DNA of 64,000 nt from Chiloscyllium plagiosum (taxonomy: Eukaryota). Position 1 is the stretch's first letter; each line of letters opens with the position of its first letter. The notes below the pieces were generated by a model. The model was not told the DNA's origin and did no database searches. It was given only the letters and a program-made list of their open reading frames with translations. Positions 26,232 to 39,859 of this stretch are shown here, piece by piece. The translations under genes and the position numbers were made by a program. The stretch covers positions 59,948,137 through 60,012,136 of the forward strand of contig NC_057718.1 in NCBI RefSeq assembly GCF_004010195.1, read 5' to 3'.

Positions 26232-28539
26232 TTGATTAGGACATTTTGACCTATATTATCTTGTGTGTCTTTTGTCCATCTGCTATGGAGGCAAACCACA
26301 ATATCTGTGGATTCTAATATATTGTAGGCATTGCCATCTACAGCAGTGTCATGTCTTTTTGGAGTAGGTTGTTTGATATTTTGTTTCCACAATAGTATCT
26401 GAATCTATTGGCACAGTTCAACAAATATGTGAATCAAACATCATTCAAGCTGCTGCCCAAACACCCTTAACAAAAGAACATCGTGCTCCCACTGTTTTCC
26501 CCAAAGATGTAAAATTAATTCTTCAGAACTTCAGAACTAAGTGAGGAGTGTTTCAAAAAATTGACATTCATAGAATTTTGTTGTATAATTCTAATTATGC
26601 CATTTTTGAAGAACAGTGATACATGGCATTTGTAAGGTTCAAATGTTAAAAGGTTCAATCTTGTTCTGTAGTGAAAAAAACTATCAGGAAGAAAGTCAAA
26701 TACATTCGTATGTGACCACCACCCTTTGTAAAGAGTGCTTTTCTAATATTAAAATTAGGTGTGATTTAAAAGAAAAGACACATGCAAACATAAGCAATAC
26801 TATTATACATCACATTAATTATCAGACTGGGTGTGACAGGCGAAAAGTTTTACGAGTGTCCTGTATGTGAAAAATTCTTTTCCAGGCAAAATTTAATGTT
26901 CTCATGATTCTTTTAAATTGCAACATAAAAGTAATTTTTTTTTGGAATACATGGATTTGACATGATAATCTTCATGAGAAGATTATGGTTATTGTTTGCA
27001 AATAGAATGTAAACTTTGTCAAAATACATATATTTGGTGTGAACAGACATCAATTTGCATTATGACCCGTTAGAGTTTAAATCACATAATCACTGAGTGG
27101 TGCTAAGGGGTCTAGGTGATTCCCTATCAGAGGAGCAAGATAAATGGTAGAACAATAACACTGGACAGTCTCTGGTATCTCTAAGTTGTTAAATAGAAAT
27201 AACATTGATGAAGTCTTAGGAAAAAATTGCCTCACATGTCGTGGCTGGAACTGATGTGTTGAACAGAGAAACCAATAAAAGGATAGAGATAGAAATTCCT
27301 TTCTAAAAGATAGCAATGATCCGTGTCTTGAATTGGGTTCTTGCCCTTTTGAGAATAAAAATCAATTTTCCATCATTCTTTTCCTTGAATAAAGTTTAAC
27401 TTATCAGGAAATTTAAAACAACTTTTAAGATGACCAGATGAAATGCAATCCTGGACACCAGCTGCACATCTTGCACAAAACTATTTAGCATGCCCTCAAA
27501 GGTGCCAGGGCATTAGTTGCCAGTTTGCAAAAAAATAATTATGAATTTGACTTTTGAAGAATGCTGCTGCATCACAAGTATTTCATTTCTCAGTTGCAAC
27601 ATACATCAAATAATAACATATGTTACGACTTCTTTCTTTAAGTACCTTGTTTTGAAATTGTAAAACAACAAATATTTTTAAAAATGTTATATTTGAACTG
27701 GCAAAAAGAGCAGGAATCCTAATCCTGGAAAGTATATTTACTTGCGCTGAATGATTAAGCTAACTACCCAACTGTTACAAAGTAGTTATTTACTGTGCTC
27801 AAGATGTGGAACTTATTTGCAAGTGTAAGAAGCTTAGCAATGTGAAAGATCACTAATAAAGCTCGACTGTGACACAGCTGGAATGCTAAAAGAATAAGGC
27901 CTCAATTTTCTCCTTGTGTGCTGCAGTAATCTCCATTCAATCATTTATATTCTGCAAATGTGCATAAATTTGTTATTTTACCTTTGTATGTGTGTACATG
28001 TTGTACATGTGGAATATGGTACAAAACACTTGGAAATTATTGATTTGGGGAAATGATCATTTGACCAGTTGTACAAAACAGGTGACATCAAATGAGCCAC
28101 CAATTTTGCACAATGGTCTTTACATTCACATCATTGGAATAGACAACTTATGTGACATTGTGCATATTCAAGTAAAAAAATTAACAAAGAATAATATGAG
28201 AGCTTATGAATTTCAGAATGTATGTGTAAGTGCTGAAATAAGATTTCACCTTGTTTTCAGAGGAAAATAAAGAATTTTCAGTGTTTAGGAAAATGAACAT
28301 TATTTTAAAGTGACATTTGTCCAAACTCACAACCTCCAATCAGCACTGCTGTGATAATATAATGTGATAGTTGGTGATCTGCAACTATCATATTGCGATA
28401 CTTACGTTATCACCCAAAACACTAAGGATGAGATATGGGTCACTAGCACTAAAGAGTTCAATGAACTTTTATTGCAGGTCCTGGTAATTACAGATACACA
28501 TTAAAACTATAGGCACTTACTTGTTGAAGTTAAATGTAA

Positions 28540-29415
28540 AGCCTAATAGTCCCAGGAGATGATAGGATTGCTCTCTCATTACAGGGAAACAAAGCGATGA
28601 GTTAAAACTGAGGGTCATCACATCTCAGGTGAGGAATGAGTTTGAGTAGGCTCTTGTTTCTCAACTGAGGCATGGCATGAAAGTAGAGTCGCAGGTAGGT
28701 AGGATAGTGAAGAAGGAGTTTAGTATGCTTTATTTTATTGGTCAGTGCATTGAGTATAGCTGTTGGGAGGTCATGTTGCAGCTGCACAGGACATTGGTTA
28801 GGCCACTTTTGGAATACTGTGTGCAATTCTGGTCTCCCTGCTATTGGAAGGATGTTGTGAAACTTGAAAAGGTTCAGAAAATGTTTACAGGGATGTTGCC
28901 AGGGTTGGTGGGTTTGAGCTGTAGGGAGAGGCTGAATAGGTTGGGGCTGTTTTTCCTGAAGCTTTGGAGGCTGAGGGGTGATTTTATTGAGGTTTATAAA
29001 TTCATGAGGGGTATGAATAGGGTAAATAGACAAGGTCTTTTCCCTGGGTTGGGCATAGGTTTAAGATGAGATTGGAAAGATTTAAAAGGACCTAAGGGAC
29101 ACTTTTTTCACACAGAAGGTAGTGTGTGTATAGAATGTGCTGCCAGAGGAAGTGGTGGAGGCTGGTATAATTACAACATTTAAAAGGCATCAGGATGGGT
29201 ATATGAATAAGAAGGATTTAGAGGAATATGTTTCAAATACTAGCAAATGGAACCAGATTAAATTAGGATATCTGGTTGGCATAGACGGGTTGGACTGAAG
29301 GGCACTGTACATCTCTATAACTCTATGAACTTTATAGTAACCTCAGCTGGGGCAGGATTTGAACCCGTGCTGTTGGCATCACTCCACATCGCAAATCAGC
29401 CATCCAAGTTAACCA
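28540..29415 (-). mobile_element. SINE family 3 split by a CR1 insertion
   Basis: 3' part at 28540-28655; 5' part at 29330-29415 with B box gggttcaaatcc on minus; homologous to 17445-17635. Confidence 0.65.
28672..29327 (+). mobile_element. CR1 (HER1-like) 3' fragment
   Basis: ORF 28677-29069: LVRPLLEYCVQFWSP...RLGLFFLKLWRLRGDFIEVYKFM. Confidence 0.93.
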
Positions 29416-29444
29416 ACCTTTTCTGTTGCAGATATTGTATATCA

Positions 29445-29690
29445 TAAGACAATAAGATGTAAGAGCAGAATTATGTCATGTGGCCCATTGAATCTGTTTC
29501 ATCATCTGGTAATGTATTGTCCTGCCTTCTCCCTGTAATCCTTGATCCCCGCACCAATCAAGAACCTACATCTCTGTGTCTTAAAGACATTCAATAACTT
29601 GGCTTAAACAGCCTTCTGCAGCAATGACTTTCAAAGATTCATCATCTTCTGCCTGAAGAAATTCCTGATCATCTTAGATCTGAAGGGTTT
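29445..29690 (-). mobile_element. CR1 3' end fragment
   Basis: cataagac..taagatgtaagagcagaa...ccttctcccctgtaatccttgatcccc matches the reverse complement of the 13100-13270 tail type. Confidence 0.7.
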
Positions 29691-30691
29691 GGGTTACGAT
29701 TAGGGTAAGGCTGGTGCCTACTGGAGTTACCCAGCTATGAATACATACCATGACAAATGTCAGAGACTATATGTCTGTTAATGTCAGTCTCTTAAATTAA
29801 AATAGGTGTGGTGTTAACAGGTCAACACACAGCTCACGTGTCAGACATTTTTACATTGGTCGGATAGAATCTTGTTATTGAGATTATAGTAATCCTGTAA
29901 GATGCAGTCACTGAAAAAGACAGAGTTCAACCCATGTGAAAGGTATATTAACTAGTGTCTGGAGTTTGGACCCTACCAAACACTATCACAAAAGGATCCC
30001 ATGATATTTTGTGGTAAGAAAAGTGGGAGGTGGAATTCACATTACAAGTTTTAATAAGTTAGCTAATGAGTCTAGGAATCCTTGAAATTGCACAGTGCTA
30101 TGTTGCAAGTGAGACAAGGAAATAATTGGATAAGTAGTCGAAAAGCAGGAACCAACAAGTTAGGTAAACCCATAAGGAAACCAACAATCTAGATAATGTG
30201 AGGAAGACTAACACCAACGCAGAATTGTACAGCAAACTGCTGGTCTCTTCATCCTTGCAGGGAAATCAATGCCATATGTAAATACTGGAGATAGACCATT
30301 GTTTAGACACCTCTTGGAAAGAATCCAATGACCAGAGCAAGCCCTTGCAGGAAAATGTTGATCTAGCCTGCCTCAAAATTGAAGACATATTTAATATGGT
30401 TCTCATTGGAAAAAAAGCTACCAAAGAGTGAAGACTATATATTAAAAATTGTCAGATCATATAAGTGTTAGGAAAGCTTAAGGCTACTACTTTTGTAACA
30501 GGAATCTAGTTTCAGATCTCCGTGTCTTCATCCTTATCCTAGGGGTAGGTCTGCTGGCTAACTAAGGAAATCAAGATCACATGTTATGTACACTTAAAAT
30601 AAGGTTGAAATGTCTCTAAGTGAATGTTGGGCTGGGAATGTTGCTATTGCTTTTCAGAGTAAACAAACCAGTGGCTTTCCAAAATTCAATG

Positions 30692-31299
30692 CTCCCTCCG
30701 CGACTCCCTTGTCAGGTCCACACCCCCCCCACCAACCCAACCTCCACTCCCGACACCTTCCCCTGCAACCGCAAGAAATGCAAAACTTGCGCCCACATCT
30801 CCCCCCTCACTTCCCTCCAAGGCCCCAAGGGATCCTTCCATATCCACCACAAATTCACCTGCACCTCCACACACATCATTTACTGCATCCGCTGCACCCG
30901 ATGTGGCCTCCTCTACATTGGGGAGACAGGCCGCCTNNNNNNNNNNNNNNNNNNNNNNNNNNNNNNNNNNNNNNNNNNNNNNNNNNNNNNNNNNNNNNNN
31001 NNNNNNNNNNNNNNNNNNNNNNNNNNNNNNNNNNNNNNNNNNNNNNNNNNNNNNNNNNNNNNNNNNNNCTCCGCCCCCACTCCCTCTCCGGCCTATCACC
31101 CTCACCTTAACCTCCTTCCACCTATCGCATTCCCAACGCCCCTCCCCCAAGTCCCTCCTCCCTACCTTTTATCTTAGCCTGCTTGGCACACCTTCCTCAT
31201 TCCTGAAGAAGGGTTATGCCCGAAAAGTCGATTCTCCTATTCCTTAGATGCTGCCTGACCTGCTGTGCTTTTCCAGCAACACATTTTTCAGCTCTGATC
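30692..31299 (+). mobile_element. Young Penelope-like element (family B) spanning the assembly gap
   Basis: Intact GIY-YIG motif CNRKKCKTC...IIYCIRCTRCGLLYIGETGR; pLTR with CUGAAGA at 31203-31209 and GAAAAGUC. Confidence 0.93.
30937..31068. other. Assembly gap (132 N)
   Basis: Run of n characters. Confidence 1.
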
Positions 31300-31412
31300 A
31301 TGTGTTGTCAGGTTTGGTGCAAAAATACCTCAAACACAGAAAATATCATGGAAGCAATGTCATGGCATTTGATGCCTTCAAAAAATCAATAAATATTATT
31401 CATTAATGCTTT

Positions 31413-33100
31413 TTTGATTTGATTTAATTTGATGTATTGTTATCACATGTACCAAGATAGAGTGAAAAGAGTTGTTTACATGCTCTACAGGCAGATAGTA
31501 CAGGACAAAATGCATCAAGGGTAGCAGAACGGAATACAGAATACAGTGTTACAGCTGCAGAGGAAGTGCAGAGAGAGAGAGATCAACATTAACATGTGAC
31601 ATGTCCAGTCAAAAATCTTATAATAGCAGGGAAGAAACTGATTTTGAATCTGCCTGTCTGTGTATTCACACTTTTATATCAATTACCCAGTGGAGAAAGG
31701 TGGAAGAGAGTATAACTGGGGTGGGGAGGGGTCTTTGATTATGTTGGTTGCCTTCCTGAGGCAGTGGGAAGTATAGATGGAGCCAATTGATGGAAGGTTG
31801 GTTTGCATGATGGATTGGGCTGTTTTAACATCTCTGTAGTGACTTGTAGTCATGGAATAGCAGTTGCAAAACCACACTGTGATGCATCCAGATTGGATTT
31901 TTTTGTGGTGCATCTATAAACATTGGTAAGAATATTTGAGGACATGCCAAATTTTGTTTGCCCCTTGAGGAAGTAAAGGCATTGCTGTGCTTTCTTGATT
32001 GTCACGTCCAAGTGGGTGGAGCAGGACAGATTGTTGATGATCATCACTCCCAGGAGCTTGGCTCTCTGGACTATCTCCACCTCAGCCTCAGTGATGCACA
32101 CAAGGGTGTGCTCTTCATTTTGCTTCCTGAAGTCAATGACCAGCTCCTTCATTTTGCTGATGTTGAAGGAGAGACTGCTTTTTTTTATCCCATGTCACTA
32201 AGCACACAATCTCTTTTCTGTACTCAGTGTCATTGTTGTTTGACATCCGACCTACAATGGTGGTGTCATCAGCAAACTTGTAAATGGAGTTGAGGTAGAA
32301 TTTGGCCACACAGTCATGTATATCTAAGGAGTATAGTATGGGGCTGAGTACACAGCCTTGTGGGGCACCGTCAATGAAGATTATCATGGAGGAGGTGCTG
32401 TTGCCAATTCTTACTGATTGCTGTCTATGCGTCAGAAAATTGAAGATCAGGTTAGAGAGGGGGGACCTGATACCTAGGTCTTGGAGTTTGAAAATGAATT
32501 TGTTGGCAGTTATGGTGTTGAAGGTGGAGCTGTAGTCAATCAGTAGGAGCCTGATGTAGATATCCTTGTTATCCAGATGTTCCAAGGATGAGTGTAGGGC
32601 CAGGGAAATGGCATCTTCTGTGGACCAGATCAAGGCAACCTGGTAGGCTGGAGTTGATTTGAGCCATGATCAATCTCTCGAAGCACTTCATAATTATAGA
32701 GGTCAGATTTACCAGGTGGTAGTCATTGAAGCATGCTGCATGATTTTATTTTGGTACCAGAATGATTGTGGTCTTGTTCTTGTAGGTGGGGTCTTCAGAC
32801 TGAAGTAAGGAGAGGTTAAAGATGACAGCAGTCAGCCAGCTAGTCCACATAGGATCTGAGTGGACAGCCAGGTATTCCACCTGGGCCAGATGCTTTCTGT
32901 GAGTTCACTCTCAATAAGGCTGATCTAACATCTGCGGCATTGACTGTGGGTGCAGGTGCATCCCAAGGTGTTGGGATTGATGACATTGTTTCATTGATCT
33001 ACAGTTCAAAGCAAGTGTAGAATGCATTGAGCTCATTGGGTAGGGATGTATTGATGTCTACGATCTATTCAACTTCACTTTGTAGCCTGTTATGTTATGA
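31413..33100 (-). mobile_element. Rex1/Babar-type LINE, decayed RT + 3' UTR
   Basis: STEDAISLALH...LIDYSSTFNTI...GAPQGCVLSPILYSL...KFADDTTIVG...KELVIDFRK...KKAQQCLYFL; (aaatc)n-like tail. Confidence 0.88.
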
Positions 33101-33759
33101 AACTTTTGATAAACTTTCTACCCATTGATCTTTTGGAACATCTTCAACTATCCTGGAAAAGGAATATCTTCGTTCATGTTTATGAAGACACCATATTCTT
33201 AGGGAAAAATAAAACTTTATATTGAAACTGCATTTTCAAAAGCCTGAATTAGTAAAGTACACAATATAGCAACAAAATGAGTATAGCACAAGAAGATTAA
33301 TGTCCTAATAATCATCTTCCAAATCAAGATAACACTCAATCATTTTAAGTGCCAATGCAACAACATTCATTGGTAGCAATTCTTCCACAGATCCTTTAGA
33401 TTTCTAATACCCTTAGCTCCTTCATCTAGATTGTTAATGTATAATGTGAATATTTGTAGTCCCCTGTGGAACTCCACTAGTTACCAGCTGAAAAAAAATC
33501 TTTTTATCCCCACTCCCTGCTTTCTGCCAGTCAACCAATCCCCTATCCATGATCAATTCTGTCAACATGATTTACATGAAACTCAATATACTACAGATTT
33601 ATAGGTAGTGCACTTTTGTACTCTAGTCAGTAACTTAGCAGTAAACAAAAGCCAAAGTTATAATGTTGTTTGGCTCAAATGTTACTTGGTCCTAAGCATC
33701 TGTGATTAGAGTTTTAATTTAAGTTTTGATTGTCATGGGCATGCTGGAACTATTCTTTC

Positions 33760-33893
33760 CATTCCTGATGAAGAGCTTATGCTCAAAACGTCAACTCTCC
33801 TGCTCCTTGGATGCTGCCTGACCAGCTGTGCTTTTGCAGTGCCACACGTTTAGACTCTGATCTCCAACATCTGCAGTCGTCACTCTCTGCTCC
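33760..33893 (+). mobile_element. PLE family B pLTR mini-insertion with hammerhead motif
   Basis: CUGAUGA 33765-33771; stem II GAGC/GCUC; [A]AAACGUC; flanked by ctattctttccat / ctgttcttcccat. Confidence 0.85.
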
Positions 33894-34121
33894 CTGTTCT
33901 TCCCATGGGTCAAGCACTGCTCATAATGTGTTGGAATTGTTGAATTATATTGATTCAGGTGCATGTACATGAGCTTAATGGTGCAAAGATATAAAATAAG
34001 GGTGCATCACTAAGGGTTAGCATCAGGCACAGTATATTTAGGATAGGGCATTTGTCAAGAGATTGAGGTTGTAATGGGTATGTGCTTGGAAATCAGAATT
34101 GCTTAGGATATTACCAGTCAG

Positions 34122-34355
34122 TGGGGGAGATGGTGGAATAGTGTAATGTTACTGGGCTGGTAATTGTGAAACCCAGGTGAGTGCTTTGCAGCATGAATTT
34201 GAACCCACAGCTGATGATGACATTTAAAGCCAATAAAAAATAATAAAGACCATGCAGCAACTATTGTTTATGTAAAAATCCATCTTGGTCGTTAATGCTT
34301 TTTTAGAAAGTAAATCTGCCAAGTTTGTCTGGTCTAGTCTACATGTAACTCCTTA
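34122..34355 (+). mobile_element. tRNA-derived SINE family 2 (degenerate)
   Basis: gggggagatggtggaatagtg...aaatctgcc...tggtctagtctacatgtaactcc. Confidence 0.7.
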
Positions 34356-34399
34356 AACCAATTGTTTGTTGAAGTTGATACTGAGCATCCTATTCTATG

Positions 34400-34710
34400 A
34401 ACAACAAACTTGTTGATCAGAGTTTTGTACGGTACTTGGTCAAATGCTTTCTTCAAAGTTCATTAAAACAACATTATGCATTCTCTTCACCAACTTACTT
34501 TCTTATTTCATCAAAAAAATCAATTAGACTAAATAATCATGATCTGCACTTTACAAATCTGTTAGCTATGCATAATAACTCAAATTTCTCCAACTATCCT
34601 TTGATTTGTTATGTGATTATTGTTTCAAAAATTTTACTTATCACTGATACCAGTTAGCTAGTGGTTGCAGGGCTATCCTTCAACTCTCTCTTGAACAAGG
34701 ATGTCACATA
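34400..34710 (-). mobile_element. Old CR1 RT fragment
   Basis: Minus strand encodes decayed PLFKRE...KAFDQVP motifs. Confidence 0.6.
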
Positions 34711-34739
34711 ATCAAGAAATGTAGAAGTACAGGGAAAAC

Positions 34740-35770
34740 AAATGGGACTAAAGGTTGCTAAGGCTGGACTTGATAATTTACATTCTAAGGTCTTAAAGGA
34801 AGTGATAGCAGAGATAGTTGATGTATTGGCTGTAATCTACCAAATTTTCAAAATTTGGGAAAGACCACAATAGATTGGAAAACTACAAACATAATAGTTC
34901 TTTTCAAGAAAGGAGGGAGACCGAAATCCAGAAATGAAAATCCACTTAGTTTAAAGTTGTCATTGGGGAAGTACTCAAATCCATTTTGAAGTACATAGTA
35001 ACAAGACATTTGGAAATTTATGATCCAGTTATGCAGAGTGAACATGCATTTGGGAAATAAAAATTATGCTTGATTGTAGTTTTTTGAGGACGTAACAAGC
35101 AGGATGGTTAAGGAGAACCAGTTTATGTGGTATATTTGGATTTCTAAAATGCATTCAATACAAAGAGGCTCATTAGAAAGTTCACAAGGTCAGAACTTAT
35201 GTTGCTAAGGGTTGTATATTAGCATGGATTAGCTAATAGAAAAAAAAAGAGATTTGGGAATAATAGGCCATTTTCACGTTGGCAAACTGTAACCAGTGGA
35301 GTATTACAGGAATTACTGGGGCCTCAATTATTTCAAATCTGTGTTAATGATTTTGTATGAATGGACAGGCAATATTCTAGCCAAATTTGCTAATGATACA
35401 GAGATATTTCAAAAAACAAGTTACAAGGAGGATACCATGAATCTACAAAGTGATATAGATAGGATTACTGAATAGACAAAAGAAAATTGGTAGGTAAAGT
35501 ATAATGGGAATAAATGTGAGGCTATTCATTTTGGAAGGAAGACTAGAAAAGCGGAATATGACTTAAATGGAGAGAGACTGTAGAATGTTACAGGATAGAG
35601 GGATCTGGGTGTCGTATACATGGATCACAAAAAGGTAGAGTGCACCATGTATTTAGCGAGGCTAACAGATTGCAAGGACAATGACAAATCTTGCTGGAGC
35701 CGAGTGGGACTTTAGTTAGAGTCAACATGGAATGTGTGTACAGATGTGGACTCCTTAACTAAGGAGATAC
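34740..35770 (+). mobile_element. Old CR1 ORF2 fragment
   Basis: Decayed KVLKEVIAEIVDVL, LFKKGGR, YLDF.NAFN, KFANDT and NKCEAIHFGRK motifs. Confidence 0.8.
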
Positions 35771-37739
35771 AGGATATGCTTTTTCCTATGTTTTAGGCTA
35801 ACACTGCTGCAGCATATTAGATACTTCTCGACAGTATCTCTGTGCTATGGGTGTCTGCACATATACTATTAACAGTAGCTGGCTTTACTAGATTATCAGT
35901 TCTTTTGGCCTCTCACATCCCAAGTTAATCCTTACCCTAGAGTAAGGATCTTTCCCTCCGTCATGATTGTTACACTCTTCAGTTATCTCTATTCACTATA
36001 CGATACTGAATATGGCTCGCTAATATAGCATCTAAGACCTCCTCTTTATGAGCTTCATTTAATCTCTGCTCCAATCTCTTCTTCTGATCTGATCAGCTGA
36101 TGTCAGAGTAACATCATCAGTTACATATACATAATTTGCATGTTCAATTTTAAGTAGTAGATTTTATGTTTTGGATTTATGCAGAAATGATACTATATGT
36201 AACTGCTATTACTTACTGTACATTTAAAATGCTCTAGCTCTGGTTTCTAACTCTTTCTACAGTTTTGTTTACTTTCTCAGAATTTACACTCAGGATAAAG
36301 CAAACAATTGCAGTGACCATCAATAGTTCACATTCTAATATAATCAAATGCTGCAGGCACGATTTTCTTCTTGGGACTTGGTGAGGAAGATGGTTGGAAG
36401 GGCAACTAATTGGATAAGTTGACTCAGGAAAAATACTCAATTAATGACCAGTTAAGGGCTTCAGCTCACTGTTTACTTGATTATCTACCTTATTTACCAG
36501 GCAAGAAAAGAGGTCAGTTGCCCAACAGCAAAGCCAAAGGTGATATGCTGCATTTTGGGGAGTGGGGGTGGTGGGGTAGCTTCATTTGCCCTAACAACAG
36601 GACAGTCTTCCAGGTATATCATAATGCATTGCTACTGCTCAAGCTCAGAAACCTGGAACTTGTGTTGCTCTAGTGCTAACATTTCCCACACATGTTCCTG
36701 TACTGAAACAAGTAGTATCCTGAAGTTCCCACATAGAAGAAAATGCATATTTCATATGACTGCCTGTGAGACATCTATTCATTCGCTAGTGTTTAGTTGA
36801 TAAAAATAGCAATCTGCTAAAGGAAGATCTCCCAAATTGAATGATTATTGTAACAAGCTAACGTGATTGTACATCTATGACATATGCCAAAATCCACTGA
36901 TGACAAAAATTAAGTGAAGTTTCTACTTTTAGAAAATTTGCCTGAACTCTTGTCTATTGTAAACATTGGATAAATTTCCTTTGTTCAATGTCTTGTTGAG
37001 CTGTGTAAGACGAATGCATATTCTAATAAACTCATTCAATTTGGGTACAATAATGGTGGCCCAAGACCAATTGGCTGGTGTGCCAACATGGAAATATGCC
37101 CATTCCAATCACTTACTTGAGTTGCTTCTGGACTTGATTCATTATGGGATGCAGATTTCCTGAATATGTGCAGACATAATAGCTTAGTAACCTTCATTAA
37201 CTTGATGCTATATTAGACATTGAACTTTTCTAATCCTATGAACAATTTCAGATAACACTGCTCAAGGAAAATATTACACCCATGCTGTTTAACATCTTCA
37301 AGCTTATAAAGAAGGTGGAGGACAAGAGTGAGGCTTCCTGATTTTGAATTACATATAAATTCTCTATATCTGACATTCAGAGCTGCTTGAAGCATATATT
37401 TAATTATGAGTGTTGTGCTACCTGGACCTTGTACTTTCAACTCTATTGGCTCTGACATCTGTCTTCAGCCATCATATTTGATCTGATGAGATAGTCACAG
37501 TTTCTCCTGTATCAAATTGATGTTTATTGACATATGCTTGTTTTGTCAAATTCAAGTAACTTGAATAATGGGAATGCATGGGGTATTTTTTTCTAATTAA
37601 TTTGGTTTGGTCACATTTGTATCATTGTATATATAAGAATATGATTGCTTTCTGCTCTGGGTCCCACTATCCTCTGGAAGTGATCTATAATTTTCGAGCT
37701 GTAGCACTCTTTGTCTCTACTGGGCACTACTTGTGCAGA

Positions 37740-37823
37740 GCCGAAAATGTGTTGCAGCAGGTCAGGCAGCATCCAAGGAGCAGGAGAATCGACGTTTCGG
37801 GCATGAGCCCTTCTTCAGGAATG
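37740..37823 (-). mobile_element. 84-bp PLE family B mini-insertion (hammerhead + tail only)
   Basis: Direct repeats actacttgtgcaga (37726-37739) / actacttgcgcaga (37824-37837). Confidence 0.9.
37787..37822 (-). ncRNA. Minimal type-I hammerhead ribozyme, best-preserved copy
   Basis: Minus: auuc-CUGAAGA-a-GGGC-ucau-GCCC-GAAAC-GUC-gauu; all core nucleotides present, 4-bp stem II, palindromic ACGU. Confidence 0.85.
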
Positions 37824-38739
37824 ACTACTTGCGCAGATGAGGCTTTTTTCCTACATAGCACAATTACTGACTTACCACCTGCTGTTTGTTTTACTCTTTG
37901 TGTTGGCTTATCATGTGTCTCATTTGAGTGTTTTTATCTTATAGAGTTCTGTTGCTCTCTGATTAGATTATCCTTCTACCTTCAAGGATTCATCTCTGAA
38001 TCATTCTGGTTTCTGTTTCCAGCACAATCTGAATAGCTTTCTCCAATGTCAAATTGTCTTTGGACTGTAATAAATGTGACAAAATCTGATAATCTTCAAT
38101 AATTCCAACAATTCTGTCCCTGATGAGTTCTGATTCCAAAGCTCCATAGCCACTGGTTATCCATAAGTGGTAGAGACCCTTAATTAATGGAATTACTGAA
38201 CTCTTGACTTAAATGTTGCTTCTTGAAGAATTCTATTTGTTCTCAGATCAAAGTAATGTCAAAATGTAGTAGAGCTTTTTCAGATGTATCTATGCTGTTT
38301 TTTATGTGTTGATGATTTACAATATAATCAACTGAAGATATTGAATACAGTATATATTTATTAGTTTATTATTATTTATGTTTGAAGAAATTCTGTATTT
38401 TAAGAACTATATTTTTTCTCTGATACCCAATACTATAATATTTCTCCTGTTTATGTCTTCCTAATGAGATTATTTATTCTTATTACTTTGATAGTCTTAA
38501 ATTCTGCAAATCTCACTCCTGTTATAATATATTTCCTTTGAAGACTTTTACTACTGTAAATAGCAGTACAGTTTTGTGTTCCTTGTTTAAAAAATGAATT
38601 GTAAATCAGCATTGTATTCCTACTTTTAAAGCATTTAGTGATTTTGAATAGTAATGCTCTATAACTACTGTTAACTGGATGTTTTTCATTGACTTTGTGT
38701 TCAAAGTGGAAGTTTCTCCCTTGTGCTGTCAAAATGAAA

Positions 38740-39035
38740 GTCTCCTAACAAATGTCTTGATAAAGTTCAACATCACCTTCTTGCTCCTGTATCTTACGCT
38801 CCCATTAACAAAGCCAAGAATGCCCTATGCTTTATTAACTGCTCTCTCCAACTGTCCTGTCACCTCCGATGTTCTGTGCACATATACACCTGGATCTCTC
38901 TGCTCCTGCATTCTCTGTAGAATCAGATTCCCTATTTTATATTGCCTTGGAATGTTCTTCCAACAAAAGTGCATCACCTCATGTTTTTTCTGCTCTGAAC
39001 CTCATCTGCCATCCATCCACCCACTTCACAAGCTT
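38740..39035 (-). mobile_element. CR1 RT fragment
   Basis: catcaccttcttgctcctgtatc...gccctatgctttattaac...aagtgcatcacctca is antisense CR1 RT. Confidence 0.75.
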
Positions 39036-39154
39036 GACAAGAATTTATCAACTTATTAAAGGGCTGGGGTTTCCATCTTTGCTCATTTGATCACTAAGTT
39101 TGATGAAAGAGGAAATTGATGCCTTCTTTATTTCTTTTGGACAGTTAGCAGAAT

Positions 39155-39292
39155 CGGCAGATTAGCCATGGAAATGTGGAGTTACAGGGATAGAGTAGGT
39201 GGCTGGGTTTGGATGAGATCCTCTTTGGAGGGTCAGTGCAGACTTGATGGACTGACTGGCCTCTATCTGCACAGTAGGGATTCTATGATTCT
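39155..39292 (+). mobile_element. HE1-type SINE, 3' part
   Basis: gattagccatggaaatgtggagttacaggga...ggagggtcagtgcagacttgatgg...gggattctatgattcta. Confidence 0.75.
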
Positions 39293-39859
39293 AAAAACCC
39301 ATAGGCTCAGGTAGACTGGCCTCTGGCAACTTTCCCAGATCAGACAGAGATAATGGAGAATTAAATTCTCCTGAGGAAAGTTGGAGAGAAAAGGAGAGTG
39401 AGACAGGTAAAACAGAAATGTCGCTGACTTTTAAAAGAAGGGAACCAAATGAGAAGCAGAAGGGAAACCTGTCTAAGTGCTTCCAAGTGGAATGCCAGGC
39501 CATTTAGAAAATTATTGGTTCAGAGATTCTACAGAGAATTTAGCTGCCTAAAACATATTTGTGGCATTAAAGTTGGTGTCTGTTCAGGCATGACTGATGA
39601 CCAGGCTAGCTTCCATGAGTTTGTTTTCAAAAGAAGGGTGATCAACAATTACATTAAACAGTCAAGAGAGAGACAAATTAGCATTTTCTGAGATATTAAG
39701 CACTCATAAACTTTGCTGGTTGGGGGTAGGGAATATTTTCCATTTGAAAGCAAGTTAAATTCCACTGTGCTGATAAAAGGGCTTAGTGCTATAACTAGTT
39801 GGGTAATGATTGCATCCTTCGCATTGAAGATCCCAAAAGTAATGTAAATACACATTAAA

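Noticed and set aside
37110..37165. Minus-strand micro-exon ttcag|...caa|gtaagt
   Set aside because: Good donor but poor polypyrimidine tract, no recognisable peptide and no partner exons
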